A DNA stretch of 64,000 nt from the NCBI GenBank assembly GCA_021796275.1, contig JAJYOI010000003.1, positions 1,532-65,531 on the forward strand. The letters are read 5' to 3'. The translations under genes were made by a program, and so were the position numbers. The notes under the pieces were generated by a model. That model was not told the origin of the DNA, ran no database searches, and saw only the letters and a list, made by a program, of their open reading frames with translations. The stretch comes from Bacteroidota bacterium. Lineage in GTDB: Bacteria > Bacteroidota > Ignavibacteria > UBA10030 > UBA8401. How positions within the stretch are numbered: position 1 is the stretch's first letter; each line of letters starts with the position of its first letter. Below, piece after piece: positions 20,564 to 31,795 of the stretch.

Positions 20564-21274
20564 TCACTGTGCCGCCAATACAAGTGCATTGTCAATTATT
20601 TTTGGTACGGTTGTGTTCCACGCATTTGGTAACTCCCAAGTATCGACACACATTTCAGCAAGTAAAGGCCCGTTTGCAACTGCGACTCTCCAGAAACTTC
20701 TGAATAGCCTTTCAAAACTATATGATGGCTGGTTGCGGCTATCGTCATTCCGATTTATGAAGTACTTGAGCGTGTACTTTCGGTCGATTGGCGGAACAAG
20801 ATGTGGCAACATATGATGAAGTAATTTGCTATTGGCAACAAGCGGCCACCCAGCCACCACAACGTGAATATTATCAATCAAACTCGTTATCGTATTCGAT
20901 GCTGTCTGAAAATTCTGTTCGTCCAACTGGTAAAGTCTGTGCTCGGATAGGTGAGCAAGTTGCTGCGCCAGATTGTTGACTTGTTCACGGAATTGTTGAA
21001 ACTCAACCAGACGAGCATTCGGATTATCGAATCTGTGCATACCCCAGCTGGCGAGACAGGCGTAGAGTCTTTCTGCGAAGGAGTCGTTTGCTATTCGTTC
21101 CGGCAGATTCGGTGTTTGATTGGCTGAGTTGACTAACACCTTGTGAAAATACAATGACGGACCTTCCCATTGAATAGGAACGTTCTGTAAATTCTGAAGG
21201 AGAGCTACGACCTCTTGCTGGAGGTATGTCGTCTGTGCTTCTAATCTTTGTAATGTGCGATTACTCCAGGGCAT
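20564..21274 (-). CDS. Cassette-borne hypothetical protein, possible HhH/glycosylase-like fold
   Basis: LYACLASWGMHR and SKLLHHMLPHLVPPIDRKY motifs; bounded by the attI-like site and an attC. Confidence 0.65.
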   Translation of the reverse strand: MPWSNRTLQRLEAQTTYLQQEVVALLQNLQNVPIQWEGPSLYFHKVLVNSANQTPNLPERIANDSFAERLYACLASWGMHRFDNPNARLVEFQQFREQVNNLAQQLAHLSEHRLYQLDEQNFQTASNTITSLIDNIHVVVAGWPLVANSKLLHHMLPHLVPPIDRKYTLKYFINRNDDSRNQPSYSFERLFRSFWRVAVANGPLLAEMCVDTWELPNAWNTTVPKIIDNALVLAAQ

Positions 21275-21294
21275 TTTCTATCAACCTGCCTTGC

Positions 21295-21333
21295 GCATAA
21301 CTATTGTAAGTATGGCTTATGTCGTTTTTACAC
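21295..21333 (-). mobile_element. attI-like site (solo copy)
   Basis: Plus strand gcataactattgtaagtatg...cgtttttaca matches gcctaactattgtaattatg...cgtttttaca at 49589, next to the integrase relic. Confidence 0.6.
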
Positions 21334-21406
21334 CCGCTTTGGCTGGATAGACGCCATAACTTGTGGCGCCAAAGGCGCCATGTCGTTTATTTCGTTTTTG
21401 TCTGCA

Positions 21407-22396
21407 TCACCTCTTCATAAAATCCGACACTTCTTTCAAGAACTCATCTCTGCGTTCAATGAAAAACTCATGCCCGGTATTTTCGAACTCATGGATTTTT
21501 GCTTTGGGAATTGATTGTACCAAAGCATCCATCACAAAACGCGAGATGTAATCATTTTGACCGACAAGTACGAGTGCCTTCACGCGCAGAGTTTTTAAAT
21601 CGTCACGCGTATCAAAATCTTTGAGATTCCCGGAAATATCGAAATAGCCTGTCCTTCCCCACATTGCAAAGAAAACGGGCCACGAGCGTTCCGGCAAAGA
21701 AAAATTCTGCGGCACAGCATACGGACTTGAGAAATAATTCGGAATCAGCAAACCTTTCATGACAGCATCATCGTAACCGGGATTATACCTGTCGCCGACA
21801 ATTAAACTGTCCTTCTCATACGACTTGACGATTGCGGCGATTTGGCGCGGCATGAAGTCACGCATTTGATTCAACCACACATTGAGATCGTCCGGCACGC
21901 GCGCCGCCGTGCTCATCAAAATCAACCTGTTCACACGCTGAGGATATTTGATGGCGTACTTTTGCGCAAGCATGCCGCCGGTTTCATGCCCGATGATATT
22001 CAATTGCTGAATTCTCAACGCCGAACGCACCGATTCCACATCGGCAACCATATCCGTGAGGTTGTACTTTTCCGGGTTGCGAAATCCTTGCGAGCGGCCG
22101 CAGCCGCGCGGGTCGAGAAAAATAAGCTGCGCGACTGAATCGAGCGGCGACAAAACCGGCACGAGGTAATCGAACGAAAATCCAGGTCCGCCGGGCAAAA
22201 CGATTGTCGGAGTTCCCGTCCCTTCGATGCGGACAAAAAGCTGGACGCCATCTTTACCGGTAACATAACCGGTGACAACTTTATCCTTTAATGGAATTTG
22301 CTCAGCATTGATCGCTGCAACTTGTTCTTCTTTCCTGCATCCGCCAACTAAGAAAAGGAGGACGAGAAAAAAAACAGCAATGCATTTTTGAGGCAT
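21407..22396 (-). CDS. Alpha/beta hydrolase lipoprotein (proline iminopeptidase-like)
   Basis: PGGPG and DPRGCGRS motifs; nucleophile elbow reads GHETGG (atypical, no Ser); lipobox VGGC. Confidence 0.75.
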   Translation of the reverse strand: MPQKCIAVFFLVLLFLVGGCRKEEQVAAINAEQIPLKDKVVTGYVTGKDGVQLFVRIEGTGTPTIVLPGGPGFSFDYLVPVLSPLDSVAQLIFLDPRGCGRSQGFRNPEKYNLTDMVADVESVRSALRIQQLNIIGHETGGMLAQKYAIKYPQRVNRLILMSTAARVPDDLNVWLNQMRDFMPRQIAAIVKSYEKDSLIVGDRYNPGYDDAVMKGLLIPNYFSSPYAVPQNFSLPERSWPVFFAMWGRTGYFDISGNLKDFDTRDDLKTLRVKALVLVGQNDYISRFVMDALVQSIPKAKIHEFENTGHEFFIERRDEFLKEVSDFMKR

Positions 22397-22480
22397 GGAT
22401 TTTTCTCCTTAAAGTTTCTGCTGCTCCGGTAATAAAATTGCTGTCGTGAATGTAACGAGAATTTGAAAGAATGTAAAGGA

Positions 22481-23062
22481 TTATTTTTTCAGCCAGTCGC
22501 CGAACAGCACTTGCAGTTGATTCCGGGAATATGACGGTGCGGAATACTTTCCCGCCTGAAGCCGCTGCCGGAGCGCTTCAAACAAACAGACGCCGCACGC
22601 AACTGAAACATTCAGGCTCTGTATCATTCCCATCATTGGAATCATCGCCGTGGCATCTGCCAGCGCCGCCGCTTCGTCGGAAACGCCCGCATGTTCGTTC
22701 CCAAAAACGAGCGCTGTCGGAACCGACAAATCAAATGAATAGATCGGCCGCGCCCGTTCGTCAAGACGCGTTGCGAGAATGAAGAATCCTTCGCTTCGCA
22801 GTTGTGCATAGCATTCTTTTACCGATGGGAATTTTCTGCGCTCCACCCATTTGTTTGCGCTGGATGAACTTTTCTTTCCGATCTTCGGAAATTGCTCTTT
22901 CGTATAGAGAAGCTGGACCTGCGCGATACCAACGGCATCAGCGGAACGAAACATCGCACTGACATTGTGCGGATCGTGAATGTTTTCCATGACAATCGTC
23001 AAATCGGGCTGACGATGAGAAAGAACGGCGAGCAATTTTTCCTGGCGCCGCTCGGATTTCAT
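22481..23062 (-). CDS. trmH: tRNA (Gm18) 2'-O-methyltransferase, SpoU family
   Basis: ENIHDPHNVSAMFRSADA, GNEHAGVS and IPMMGMIQSLNVSVA motifs; start MKSERR overlaps the upstream stop. Confidence 0.88.
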   Translation of the reverse strand: MKSERRQEKLLAVLSHRQPDLTIVMENIHDPHNVSAMFRSADAVGIAQVQLLYTKEQFPKIGKKSSSSANKWVERRKFPSVKECYAQLRSEGFFILATRLDERARPIYSFDLSVPTALVFGNEHAGVSDEAAALADATAMIPMMGMIQSLNVSVACGVCLFEALRQRLQAGKYSAPSYSRNQLQVLFGDWLKK

Positions 23063-23967
23063 TCTGCTCCCATGACAATCACGCGCGATTCGTTGCGCGA
23101 CCGTACCTGCAATAAGCCGATTGCCGCCAACACGCAGACAACGCCGACGGTCTGAATAAATTCGAGCGCACCTCCGAGAATAAAAAACGCCGATACAATT
23201 GCAACGACTGGTTCGAGCGTGCTGGTAATAATTGCACGCGTCGGCTCGATAAATTTCAATCCGGAAAAATAAAAGATATACGGAAGAAGGATGGATATTG
23301 TGGAGACGAGTGTAAAGATGAGCCATGAGTTCAGCGAATAGTGCGAGCGGACAATCGTAAAAGGTGAATTGATGAAAAGCCAAAATGCTGTTGCGGCGCC
23401 CAGCACATAAATCAGCGTCGTCCATACAGAATATTTCATTGTCAATGGTTTGCCGGCAATATTAAAAATTGAAAATGAAATCGCCGCAATGAACGCATAC
23501 GCCATGCCTTTCAATGAACCGTGAAGCAGGTTGGCATTGTAACCTCCTACCGCAAGAAAAATTCCTGCCATCGAAAGCAAAAGAGCCGCGGCTTTATATT
23601 TCGTCATCGCTTCACGCTGTACAACAGTTGCATACAGCGCAACCAACACCGGTGCCGTGTACTGCACGAGGATTGACGTGGCAACGTTTGATTCTTTAAT
23701 TGCCACATAATAAAAATAATTTGAGCCGGCCAACCCACAGATGCCGACAAAAAGGAACAACGGAATATCCCGCAACGAAATCCTGAGTACTTTTCTTTTT
23801 GTCACACCGAAATAGACAAGCAGCACGATAAATGCGATTGATGCCCGTGTTTGAACAATGATCAACGGGTCAATTGATTGATTGAATAAAATTTTTGCAA
23901 CGGTTGCGGAAATTCCCCAGAACGAAGCGGCGACGGCGATAAGAACGTACCCTTTTAATCGCTTCAT
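23059..23967 (-). CDS. EamA/DMT family transporter
   Basis: Ten TM segments, duplicated EamA domains, LEPVVA motif. Confidence 0.88.
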   Translation of the reverse strand: MKRLKGYVLIAVAASFWGISATVAKILFNQSIDPLIIVQTRASIAFIVLLVYFGVTKRKVLRISLRDIPLFLFVGICGLAGSNYFYYVAIKESNVATSILVQYTAPVLVALYATVVQREAMTKYKAAALLLSMAGIFLAVGGYNANLLHGSLKGMAYAFIAAISFSIFNIAGKPLTMKYSVWTTLIYVLGAATAFWLFINSPFTIVRSHYSLNSWLIFTLVSTISILLPYIFYFSGLKFIEPTRAIITSTLEPVVAIVSAFFILGGALEFIQTVGVVCVLAAIGLLQVRSRNESRVIVMGAE

Positions 23968-24524
23968 ACGGCAGGCGGTTCTCCGGTCGTAGACCCCGTT
24001 GGAGCTTCGTTTGCTTTCAGACGATAATACTCGGCGAGATCGTCGTCTCCCTGAAGGCGATATAAGTATGACAAACGCTGAAGTAAGCTTTTCTTGTTCG
24101 GAACACGTTCGGCACCGGACTTCACAAAATCAATCAGCGTAGCCAGCGGCGGAATGTTAAGGTCGGGTTCATAGCAATCACACGCATCAAGGTACGGATC
24201 GGGAACAACCGGATTCACTTGTGCTGCCTTTTGGTAATACTGAAGTGAGTGTTCAAAATTATCAGACGAAGCGTACAGTGCTTCAAACACATTTGCCATC
24301 CACATATAGACGTCGTACGCAATATGAGGAAATTCTTTGGCGAGCTTTTCACCGAATAGCGTTATCTCGTCCGCTGTTAATGCATTGTTCCAGAAAAGAA
24401 GGCGGTATAATTCAATATCATCAATCCGCTGCTGGAGCGCGGCTTCAAATGCATCAAAAATGTCGTTAAAGCTTTTCGAAGAGGAGAATCGTTGGCGCAA
24501 TTCTTCTCGTGAAAGTACCGCCAT
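23964..24524 (-). CDS. Hypothetical TPR-like helical protein
   Basis: SLQYYQKAAQVNP TPR-like segment; translationally coupled to the DMT gene. Confidence 0.65.
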   Translation of the reverse strand: MAVLSREELRQRFSSSKSFNDIFDAFEAALQQRIDDIELYRLLFWNNALTADEITLFGEKLAKEFPHIAYDVYMWMANVFEALYASSDNFEHSLQYYQKAAQVNPVVPDPYLDACDCYEPDLNIPPLATLIDFVKSGAERVPNKKSLLQRLSYLYRLQGDDDLAEYYRLKANEAPTGSTTGEPPAV

Positions 24525-24618
24525 GTCCTAAGGACTCCTTTGGAGAATTCCTCTGTTGTTTGCTAAAATAAAAAGCACAGCGTTGAAATGCAACCATGGC
24601 TCCGCCTTTCTGAAACAA

Positions 24619-24645
24619 CAAAGCCACGCCGACAGCGTGGCTTTG
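24619..24645 (-). terminator. Stem-loop after trxA
   Basis: caaagccacgc-cgaca-gcgtggctttg, followed by a T-rich run on the minus strand. Confidence 0.55.
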
Positions 24646-24672
24646 CATGGAACAATGCTGTTGCAGGACGGT

Positions 24673-24996
24673 TTATGACAAGTGTCGTGTTAGCTTGTCA
24701 ACGAGGTTTCTTTTCGGAACCGCACCGACAATCTGATCGACAACTTTTCCGCCTTTAAAAACAAGCAATGTGGGAATACTGCGGATGCCGAATTGCATCG
24801 ACACTGCGGGGTTCGCGTCAACATCCAGCTTCCCGACTTTTAATTTTCCGTCATATTCCTTCGCAATTTCTTCAACAACCGGCGCAACCATCTTACACGG
24901 ACCGCACCATGTCGCCCAAAAATCAACGAGCACGGGCACATTTGAACCTACAACCTCCGTTTGAAAATTTGCGTCGGTAACTTCGACTGGTTTCAT
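24673..24996 (-). CDS. trxA: Thioredoxin
   Basis: WCGPC active site. Confidence 0.97.
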   Translation of the reverse strand: MKPVEVTDANFQTEVVGSNVPVLVDFWATWCGPCKMVAPVVEEIAKEYDGKLKVGKLDVDANPAVSMQFGIRSIPTLLVFKGGKVVDQIVGAVPKRNLVDKLTRHLS

Positions 24997-25013
24997 GAAT
25001 TTCTCCTTTTCGT

Positions 25014-28000
25014 TTATGCTGAAACTTTAATTGAATGTTTTCCAAGCAACGAACGCACGCTGTCCATAAATTCATTCGTTGGATTGATGCTAAACTTCCG
25101 CGATACGAATACCTGTTGTGCGCTGAATTCTTTTCCTATAACATTGAAATAGCACTGACAATTCCCTTTACTTTTTTCCAAAACAAGACGAAGCTTTTCC
25201 ATCGTTCCGTTATTCACTTCATCAGTGTTGAGCAGCAGAAAAACACGTTTTGCAAATTTCTCCCGCACTTTATCCATCGGAACAATTTCTGCGGCGGCAA
25301 TTTTGATGACGTCACCGCTGACTTCTCCGTTGCCTTCAACCAGGACCATTGCTTCCGGCTTAATGAGGTCCTCACATTTCTTAAACACGCTTGCAAACAC
25401 AACACAGTCCGCTTTTCCTGTAAAATCTTCGATCGTAATGAACGCCATCGGACGATTGTTCTTATCAATTTTCTTTTTGATCGACGTGATAATTCCGCCT
25501 GCCCGCACGCTGCCGTTCTTCATTCCTTCAACATCGCCCAAATGAATTGTAGCAAAGGCATTGATCTCGCTTTCATATTTCAACAGCGGATGTCCCGACA
25601 CATAAAATCCCAGCACCAATTTTTCATTCGACAGCTTTTCCGATTCGGTCCATGGCGTTACCGTGGGAAGCGTAGGGATAAGGAACGGATGTTCTTTCAC
25701 ACTTCCACCGTCGAAAAGATTGGACTGCCCCCGCTCCTGCTGGCTTTGCATTTGCTGTGCCGCCGCGACGCTCTGCTCAACAACGGTGAGAAGCTGCGCA
25801 CGATTTACATTGATGCTGTCGAACGCGCCGGCCATGATAAGACTTTCAATCGTTTTCTTACTTACGACATGAAGATCAACTTTCCGGCAAAAATCGAACA
25901 ACGACGTGAACCGCTGTCCACTGAAGGCCGATCCGCCTCTGGCAGAAATAATTGCATCAACTGCATTCGAGCCGACATTCTTAATTGCTACTAAACCGAA
26001 CCGGATTCCGTTTGCAGTAACGCTAAATGTTGATTCGCTTTCATTCACGTCAGGCGGCAGAACTTCAAGCTCAAGCTTTCGGCATTCATCAATCAGCATC
26101 ACAATTTTATCCGTGTTGCCGATTTCCGATGTGAGCGTTGCCGCCATGTATTCTGCGGGATACTGCGCTTTCAGATATGCGGTTTGATATGCAACAACGG
26201 AATACGGTACGCTGTGCGATTTGTTAAATCCGTACGAAGAAAATTTTTCGATCCGCTCATAAATCTCTTCCGACAATTTCGGCGAAATATTGCTTGTCTT
26301 CGCAGCACCAGCGACGAATTTCGTTTTCTGCGCGGCCATTGCCGCTTTATCTTTCTTTCCCATAGCGCGGCGCATCAGGTCTGCTTCTGCAAGAGTGAAG
26401 CCGGCAATCTCGCTTGCAATCCGCATCACCTGTTCCTGATACACGATGACGCCGTATGTTTCTTTCAGCGTGGCTTCCAATTTCGGATGCAGGTATTCTA
26501 TCTTTTGCAATCCGTGTTTCCTTTGGATATAGTCGCCGATGCTTTCCATTGGACCCGGGCGATACAATGCATTCATCACAACGAGATCGCTGATTGAATT
26601 CGGCTTCAGCTTGCGAAGCCAGTCCTGCATTCCTGAACTTTCAAACTGGAACACTGCGACCGTTTGTCCTTTGTGGAACAGTTCGAATGTTTTTTGATCG
26701 TTTTCCGGAAGTTCATCAAGATTGATTGTGACATCGTGATTTTTTTTGATCATCTCGAGCGCATTCTCAATCACCGTCAACGTACGCAGACCGAGAAAAT
26801 CCATTTTCAGCAAGCCGGCATCTTCAAGGTCTTTCATCGTGTACTGCGTCATCAATCCGGTCGAAGGTGTTTTGTACATCGGCACAAAATTGCTGATCGC
26901 AGCCGGCGCGATGACAACACCCGCCGCATGCATCGACGCGTTTCGGTTCATCCCCTCCAGCACCTGCGAAACATCAACCAACATTTTAATTTTCGGATCT
27001 TTACTGTCGTGAAGCGATTTTAACTCCGGTACTTTTTCCAATGCCTCGGCGATAGACATTACTTTTCCCTGATTGACCGGAATCTGTTTTGTCACCGGGT
27101 CGACAACAGAAAGCGGGATGCCGAGAACGCGTGCAACATCTTTCAGAACGGCACGTGACGATAATGTGCCAAATGTAATAATTTGTGAAACAGAATCTTC
27201 GCCGTATTTTTCCCGAACATACTGAATAACTCTTTCACGCTTGCTGTCTGAAAAGTCAACATCAATATCCGGCATACTCACACGGTCAGGATTGAGAAAC
27301 CGCTCGAAGAGCAAATCATATTTGAGCGGATCAACATTGGTAATGCCCAGCGCGTACGAAACGATACTGCCGGCAGCGCTGCCGCGTCCCGGTCCCACCA
27401 TAACGCCCATTTCACGCGCCGCGCGGATAAAATCTGACACGATCAAAAAATATCCCGCATATCCCATCGTGCGAATCACTGAAAGCTCATGCTTTACCCG
27501 CGCTTCGATTTCGGGAGTCACTTCAGCGGTCCGTGTTCGTATTCCCTCCCATGCAAGCTTGTCGAGATAATCTTCCAATGTCGAAACGCCCGCATCTTCC
27601 GGAATCGGAAATTTCGGCATGTGGTTGGTTTTCAAATCAAGTTCAACAGTGCATTTCTCTGCAACCTCAAGCGTGTGTTCGATTGCGCCGGGAAAATCTT
27701 TGAACAGCGCCGCCATTTCTTCCGCAGACTTGAAATAAATCTGGTCCGTCCCGTAACGAAGTTTTGTATAATCCGGTGTGTTCGTACTGCTTGCCTCCGG
27801 AATCAGCAGCATAATGTTATGAGCAATGGCATGCTCTGGTTTGATGTAATGCACATCGTTCGTCGCAATTAATTTAATGCCAAGTTCCTGCGCTAAACGC
27901 GGCATTCCGGCAAGGACATTCCTTTCGATGTCGTAATGATGATCCTGAACTTCGAGATAGAAATCGTCGCCGAATAATTCGCGGTACATCAAAGCAATAG

Positions 28001-28508
28001 CTTTTGCTTCATTGTAATTCTCATTCACAAGATGCGCCGACACAACGCCTCCGGCGCACGCTGAAAGTGCGACCAGCCCTTCGGAATATTTCGTCAGCAA
28101 CTCGAAATCAATGCGGGGCTTGTAATAAAATCCTTCAAGATGACCGAGCGTGATAAGCTTAATGAGGTTGCGATAACCTGTTTCGTTCTTTGCGAGAAGA
28201 ACAAGATGGTGATAAACGCCGCGCCCTTTTTTCTGCTCCGGCCGTAACGAATCGGTCGTTTGCGCTACGCCTTTGTCAAATCGGCTTCCCTTCGTAACAA
28301 TGTACACTTCACTGCCGATGATCGGCTTGATTCCTTTTTTCTTCGCCTTCTTATAAAATTCTACTGCGCCGAACATCACGCCGTGGTCTGTAAGCGCAAC
28401 AGCAGACATCTTATTTTCAAGTGCGGCATTAAGAAGCGAATCTACCGTTGTCGCGCCGTCAAGCAGACTATAATGAGTATGATTATGGAGATGGACGAAT
28501 TCAGGCAT
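25014..28508 (-). CDS. dnaE: DNA polymerase III alpha subunit
   Basis: PHP domain [35 protein letters not shown] and YGFNKSH motifs. Confidence 0.98.
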   Translation of the reverse strand: MPEFVHLHNHTHYSLLDGATTVDSLLNAALENKMSAVALTDHGVMFGAVEFYKKAKKKGIKPIIGSEVYIVTKGSRFDKGVAQTTDSLRPEQKKGRGVYHHLVLLAKNETGYRNLIKLITLGHLEGFYYKPRIDFELLTKYSEGLVALSACAGGVVSAHLVNENYNEAKAIALMYRELFGDDFYLEVQDHHYDIERNVLAGMPRLAQELGIKLIATNDVHYIKPEHAIAHNIMLLIPEASSTNTPDYTKLRYGTDQIYFKSAEEMAALFKDFPGAIEHTLEVAEKCTVELDLKTNHMPKFPIPEDAGVSTLEDYLDKLAWEGIRTRTAEVTPEIEARVKHELSVIRTMGYAGYFLIVSDFIRAAREMGVMVGPGRGSAAGSIVSYALGITNVDPLKYDLLFERFLNPDRVSMPDIDVDFSDSKRERVIQYVREKYGEDSVSQIITFGTLSSRAVLKDVARVLGIPLSVVDPVTKQIPVNQGKVMSIAEALEKVPELKSLHDSKDPKIKMLVDVSQVLEGMNRNASMHAAGVVIAPAAISNFVPMYKTPSTGLMTQYTMKDLEDAGLLKMDFLGLRTLTVIENALEMIKKNHDVTINLDELPENDQKTFELFHKGQTVAVFQFESSGMQDWLRKLKPNSISDLVVMNALYRPGPMESIGDYIQRKHGLQKIEYLHPKLEATLKETYGVIVYQEQVMRIASEIAGFTLAEADLMRRAMGKKDKAAMAAQKTKFVAGAAKTSNISPKLSEEIYERIEKFSSYGFNKSHSVPYSVVAYQTAYLKAQYPAEYMAATLTSEIGNTDKIVMLIDECRKLELEVLPPDVNESESTFSVTANGIRFGLVAIKNVGSNAVDAIISARGGSAFSGQRFTSLFDFCRKVDLHVVSKKTIESLIMAGAFDSINVNRAQLLTVVEQSVAAAQQMQSQQERGQSNLFDGGSVKEHPFLIPTLPTVTPWTESEKLSNEKLVLGFYVSGHPLLKYESEINAFATIHLGDVEGMKNGSVRAGGIITSIKKKIDKNNRPMAFITIEDFTGKADCVVFASVFKKCEDLIKPEAMVLVEGNGEVSGDVIKIAAAEIVPMDKVREKFAKRVFLLLNTDEVNNGTMEKLRLVLEKSKGNCQCYFNVIGKEFSAQQVFVSRKFSINPTNEFMDSVRSLLGKHSIKVSA

Positions 28509-28550
28509 GTCGTGCTTCAGAAAAAATTTATACTGACAAATAAACTTTAC

Positions 28551-29972
28551 TTAAAAATCTATAACTAACAATCTCGGTTCCGTCATTTCTTCAATCGCGT
28601 ACTTGATTCCTTCCCTGCCAAATCCGGAATCCTTGACGCCGCCGTACGGCATGTTATCAACGCGGAAGGTTGGATAATCATTCACAATGACTCCGCCGAC
28701 CTCGAGATTCTTGTAAGCGTACAAAATTGCATTCATATCGTTCGAAAAAATTCCCGCCTGCAAACCATACCGGGAATCATTCACTTCTTCAACGGCATGC
28801 TCAATGGAGTCAACTTTGTGCAGTGTTGTTACCGGACCGAAAATTTCCTCGCTGCATACTTTCATTTCAGGATTTACAGAACCAAGCACAGTCGGTTCCA
28901 TCATTGAACCGCGCCGCTTTCCACCCCACAATATTGTTGCACCGTCATTTACTGCTTCCTTCACCCATTGCTCTACGCGTTCAGCTTCTTTAAGACTAAT
29001 CATCGGACCGACAACGGTATCTTCCTCAAGCGGATTGCCGACTTTGACCACGGCAACCGCCTCAAGAAATTTCATCTCAAATTGTTTAAAAATACTTTTG
29101 TGAACATAAATGCGCTGAACTTTAATACACACTTGCCCTGCGTGTGCAAACGATCCGGTCACGCATCGCTCAACGGCATGCTCAATGTCCGCATGGTGAT
29201 CAACAATAACAGCCGCATTGCCGCCGAGTTCGAGCAGTACCTTTTTCTTTCCTGCTTTTTGCTTCAACGACCAGCCAACTCGTGCACTTCCTGTGAAGCT
29301 GAGCATTTTGATGCGATCATCTTCCGCAAGTTTTTCAGCAATCTCGTTTGAACACGGAACAACGTTGACTGCTTTTTCCGGAATGCCGGACTTCAAGAGT
29401 GTTTCGCCGAGAAGCAACGACGTCAGCGGCGCTTGCGGTGCGGGTTTGATGATGAACGGATTTCCGCATGCAATTGCGGGAGCGATCTTATGCGCAATCA
29501 GGTTAAGTGGAAAATTGAACGGCGTAATGCACACCACCGGGCCGATCGGAAAACGCATCGTAATGCCTTTGCGGTTTTTTACGATGCTGCTCACATCAAG
29601 CGAAATCACTTCGCCATTGATGCGCGATGCTTCTTCCGATGCAATTCGAAATGTCGAAACTGCCCGGTCCACTTCTCCCTTCGCAAACCTGATCGGTTTT
29701 CCGGACTCATTTGTGATCATCTCAGCAAATTCCTTCCGGCGATGGTCAATGTTGTCGGCTATTGCGCTGAGAATTTTTGAACGCTCATAACTGGAAAGTT
29801 TTTTTAACGAAGGGAAAATTTCGGCTGAATTCCGGATCGCTTCATCAACGTCTTCTTCACGGGCAAGAGAAAGAAGCCCGACTGCACTTCCGTTGAATGG
29901 ATTTGCGATATACACTTTCTCGTCGGATTCCCTCCATTCGCCGCCGACCAGAAATTTAAATTCCCTTGCCAT
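28551..29972 (-). CDS. Aldehyde dehydrogenase family protein
   Basis: ITPFNFP, FTGS, LELGGN, catalytic Cys in GQVC, EEIFGP. Confidence 0.93.
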   Translation of the reverse strand: MAREFKFLVGGEWRESDEKVYIANPFNGSAVGLLSLAREEDVDEAIRNSAEIFPSLKKLSSYERSKILSAIADNIDHRRKEFAEMITNESGKPIRFAKGEVDRAVSTFRIASEEASRINGEVISLDVSSIVKNRKGITMRFPIGPVVCITPFNFPLNLIAHKIAPAIACGNPFIIKPAPQAPLTSLLLGETLLKSGIPEKAVNVVPCSNEIAEKLAEDDRIKMLSFTGSARVGWSLKQKAGKKKVLLELGGNAAVIVDHHADIEHAVERCVTGSFAHAGQVCIKVQRIYVHKSIFKQFEMKFLEAVAVVKVGNPLEEDTVVGPMISLKEAERVEQWVKEAVNDGATILWGGKRRGSMMEPTVLGSVNPEMKVCSEEIFGPVTTLHKVDSIEHAVEEVNDSRYGLQAGIFSNDMNAILYAYKNLEVGGVIVNDYPTFRVDNMPYGGVKDSGFGREGIKYAIEEMTEPRLLVIDF

Positions 29973-29986
29973 TGTCCGTGCTCCCG

Positions 29987-31684
29987 TCAATTCTTGACAA
30001 ACTGCACAACGGCATCAACCGCCGATTGCACTTTAACTGTCCACCGTTTGCCTGTTGCACGTTCCTTCAACTCCACCTCTTGATTTTTCATATTTCTTTC
30101 TCCCACCACTACCTGCAAAGGCATTCCAAGCAGGTCGGCATCTTTGAATTTGAAGCCCGCAGACACCGAAGTTCTGTCGTCAAACAAAACAGATAATCCT
30201 TTTGACTGTAAAGAGTTATATAATTCTTCTGATGTTTTTACAATGCTTTCTGAATCAGGATTTACACAAATCAGGTGAACATCGTATGGCGCAATGGATT
30301 TCGACCAGATAATACCATTCGCGTCATGATGTTGTTCGATATGACATGCCACAATTCGCTCAACACCGATGCCGTAACTTCCCATAATGATCGGTTGCTC
30401 CTTGCCGGACTCATCCAAAAAATTTGCTCCCAAAGCGACAGAATATTTTGTGCCTAGTTTGAAAATATGACCAATTTCAATTCCCTTTACAATGCGAAGT
30501 GGCGAAGAACAATTGGGGCACGACTCACCGTCTTCAACCGTGCGAAGATCATAATTGCCTTCAACTTTTACATCCCGATTGAAATCAATATTGCCAATAT
30601 GATAATCATTTTTATTCGCGCCGCTGTACATTCCGTTAGCACCTTCGAGACGTTTGTCGGCAATAATTTTGAATTTTGCTTTCAACCCGATTGGACCGAT
30701 TGATCCGGCATCGGCGCCAGTCAATGCAAGGAGTTCTTCCGGTTGTGCGGGACGAACATCGGTGCCGAGCACTGTTTGCAGTTTTATCTCATTAAGTTGA
30801 TCGTTCCCCATCATGAAAATCAACACCGGCGTGTCGCCTGAAATATACACCAGTGATTTCGCACATTTATTTGTTTCTATCTTGAGAAATTTGGCAAGTT
30901 GGTCAATCGTTTTAATATTCGGCGTATGGATTTCTTCCAGAGCCTTTTCGCCGTTCAACCGTACTGCTGAAGGCATCTTCGATGTCGCAACTTCAAGATT
31001 CGCTGCATAATGACAATGATCGCACAGCGCAACCGTGTCTTCACCGGCATCCGATTCAATCATGAATTCCTGTGAGCCGCTTCCTCCCATCGCTCCGCTC
31101 GATGCGCCAACAATGAAGAAGTTCAATCCGCATCGCGAGTAAATTTTCTTGTATGCTTCCGCGTGAAGATTGTAGCTCACGTCTAATCCTTCCGGCGATG
31201 AATCCATGCTGTACGAATCTTTCATCGTAAATTGTCTGCCGCGAAGCACTCCCGATTTCGGGCGGGGTTCGTTGCGAAACTTTGTCTGTATTTGATACCA
31301 AAGCTGCGGTAAATCTTTATATGAACGGATTTGATTCCGCGCGATGTGTGTGATAATTTCTTCATGCGTAGGTGCAAGCACAAGTGCACGATTCTTGATA
31401 TGGAAAAGAATATCGCCGAACGCTTTCACGCGGCCAGTCTCTTCCCATATCTCAATCGGATTCAATGCAGGCAAATGAAATTCCTGCCCGCCGATTGCAT
31501 CCATTTCTTCACGGATAATCTGCATCACTTTTTTCATCACCGCATAACCGAGCGGAAGAAACGAAAAAATTCCCGCGCCCAACTGGCGCATTAGTCCTGC
31601 TCGTATCATCAGTTGGTGGCTTGGAATTACTGCATCGGCCGGAACTTCTTTTACTGTAGGGAAAAAGCCTTTGGATATTCTCAT
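29987..31684 (-). CDS. proS: Proline--tRNA ligase (bacterial type with editing domain)
   Basis: PTHEE, KFRNEPRP, GIEIGHIFKLG and MGSYGIGVER motifs. Confidence 0.97.
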   Translation of the reverse strand: MRISKGFFPTVKEVPADAVIPSHQLMIRAGLMRQLGAGIFSFLPLGYAVMKKVMQIIREEMDAIGGQEFHLPALNPIEIWEETGRVKAFGDILFHIKNRALVLAPTHEEIITHIARNQIRSYKDLPQLWYQIQTKFRNEPRPKSGVLRGRQFTMKDSYSMDSSPEGLDVSYNLHAEAYKKIYSRCGLNFFIVGASSGAMGGSGSQEFMIESDAGEDTVALCDHCHYAANLEVATSKMPSAVRLNGEKALEEIHTPNIKTIDQLAKFLKIETNKCAKSLVYISGDTPVLIFMMGNDQLNEIKLQTVLGTDVRPAQPEELLALTGADAGSIGPIGLKAKFKIIADKRLEGANGMYSGANKNDYHIGNIDFNRDVKVEGNYDLRTVEDGESCPNCSSPLRIVKGIEIGHIFKLGTKYSVALGANFLDESGKEQPIIMGSYGIGVERIVACHIEQHHDANGIIWSKSIAPYDVHLICVNPDSESIVKTSEELYNSLQSKGLSVLFDDRTSVSAGFKFKDADLLGMPLQVVVGERNMKNQEVELKERATGKRWTVKVQSAVDAVVQFVKN

Positions 31685-31722
31685 GAGTTGATTCTTAATT
31701 TTTCAATTGAATGTTCGTTTTG

Positions 31723-31795
31723 TGCTCTCGCGCAGACTCGAACTGCGATTAGAGGTTTAGGAAACCCCCGTTCTATCCACTTGAACTACGAGAGC
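31723..31795 (-). tRNA. tRNA-Arg (anticodon CCU), CCA not encoded
   Basis: GCTCTCG acceptor stem, D-arm GTTC-AAGTGGATA-GAAC, anticodon loop TTCCTAA, T-loop TTCGAGT; upstream TTGAAA-17-TATCTT promoter. Confidence 0.93.

Noticed and set aside
25014..28508. Intein in dnaE
   Set aside because: Length is typical and there are no intein splice motifs; only short loop insertions.
31723..31795. tRNA used as an island integration site
   Set aside because: No duplicated tRNA 3' end was seen, and proS follows directly.
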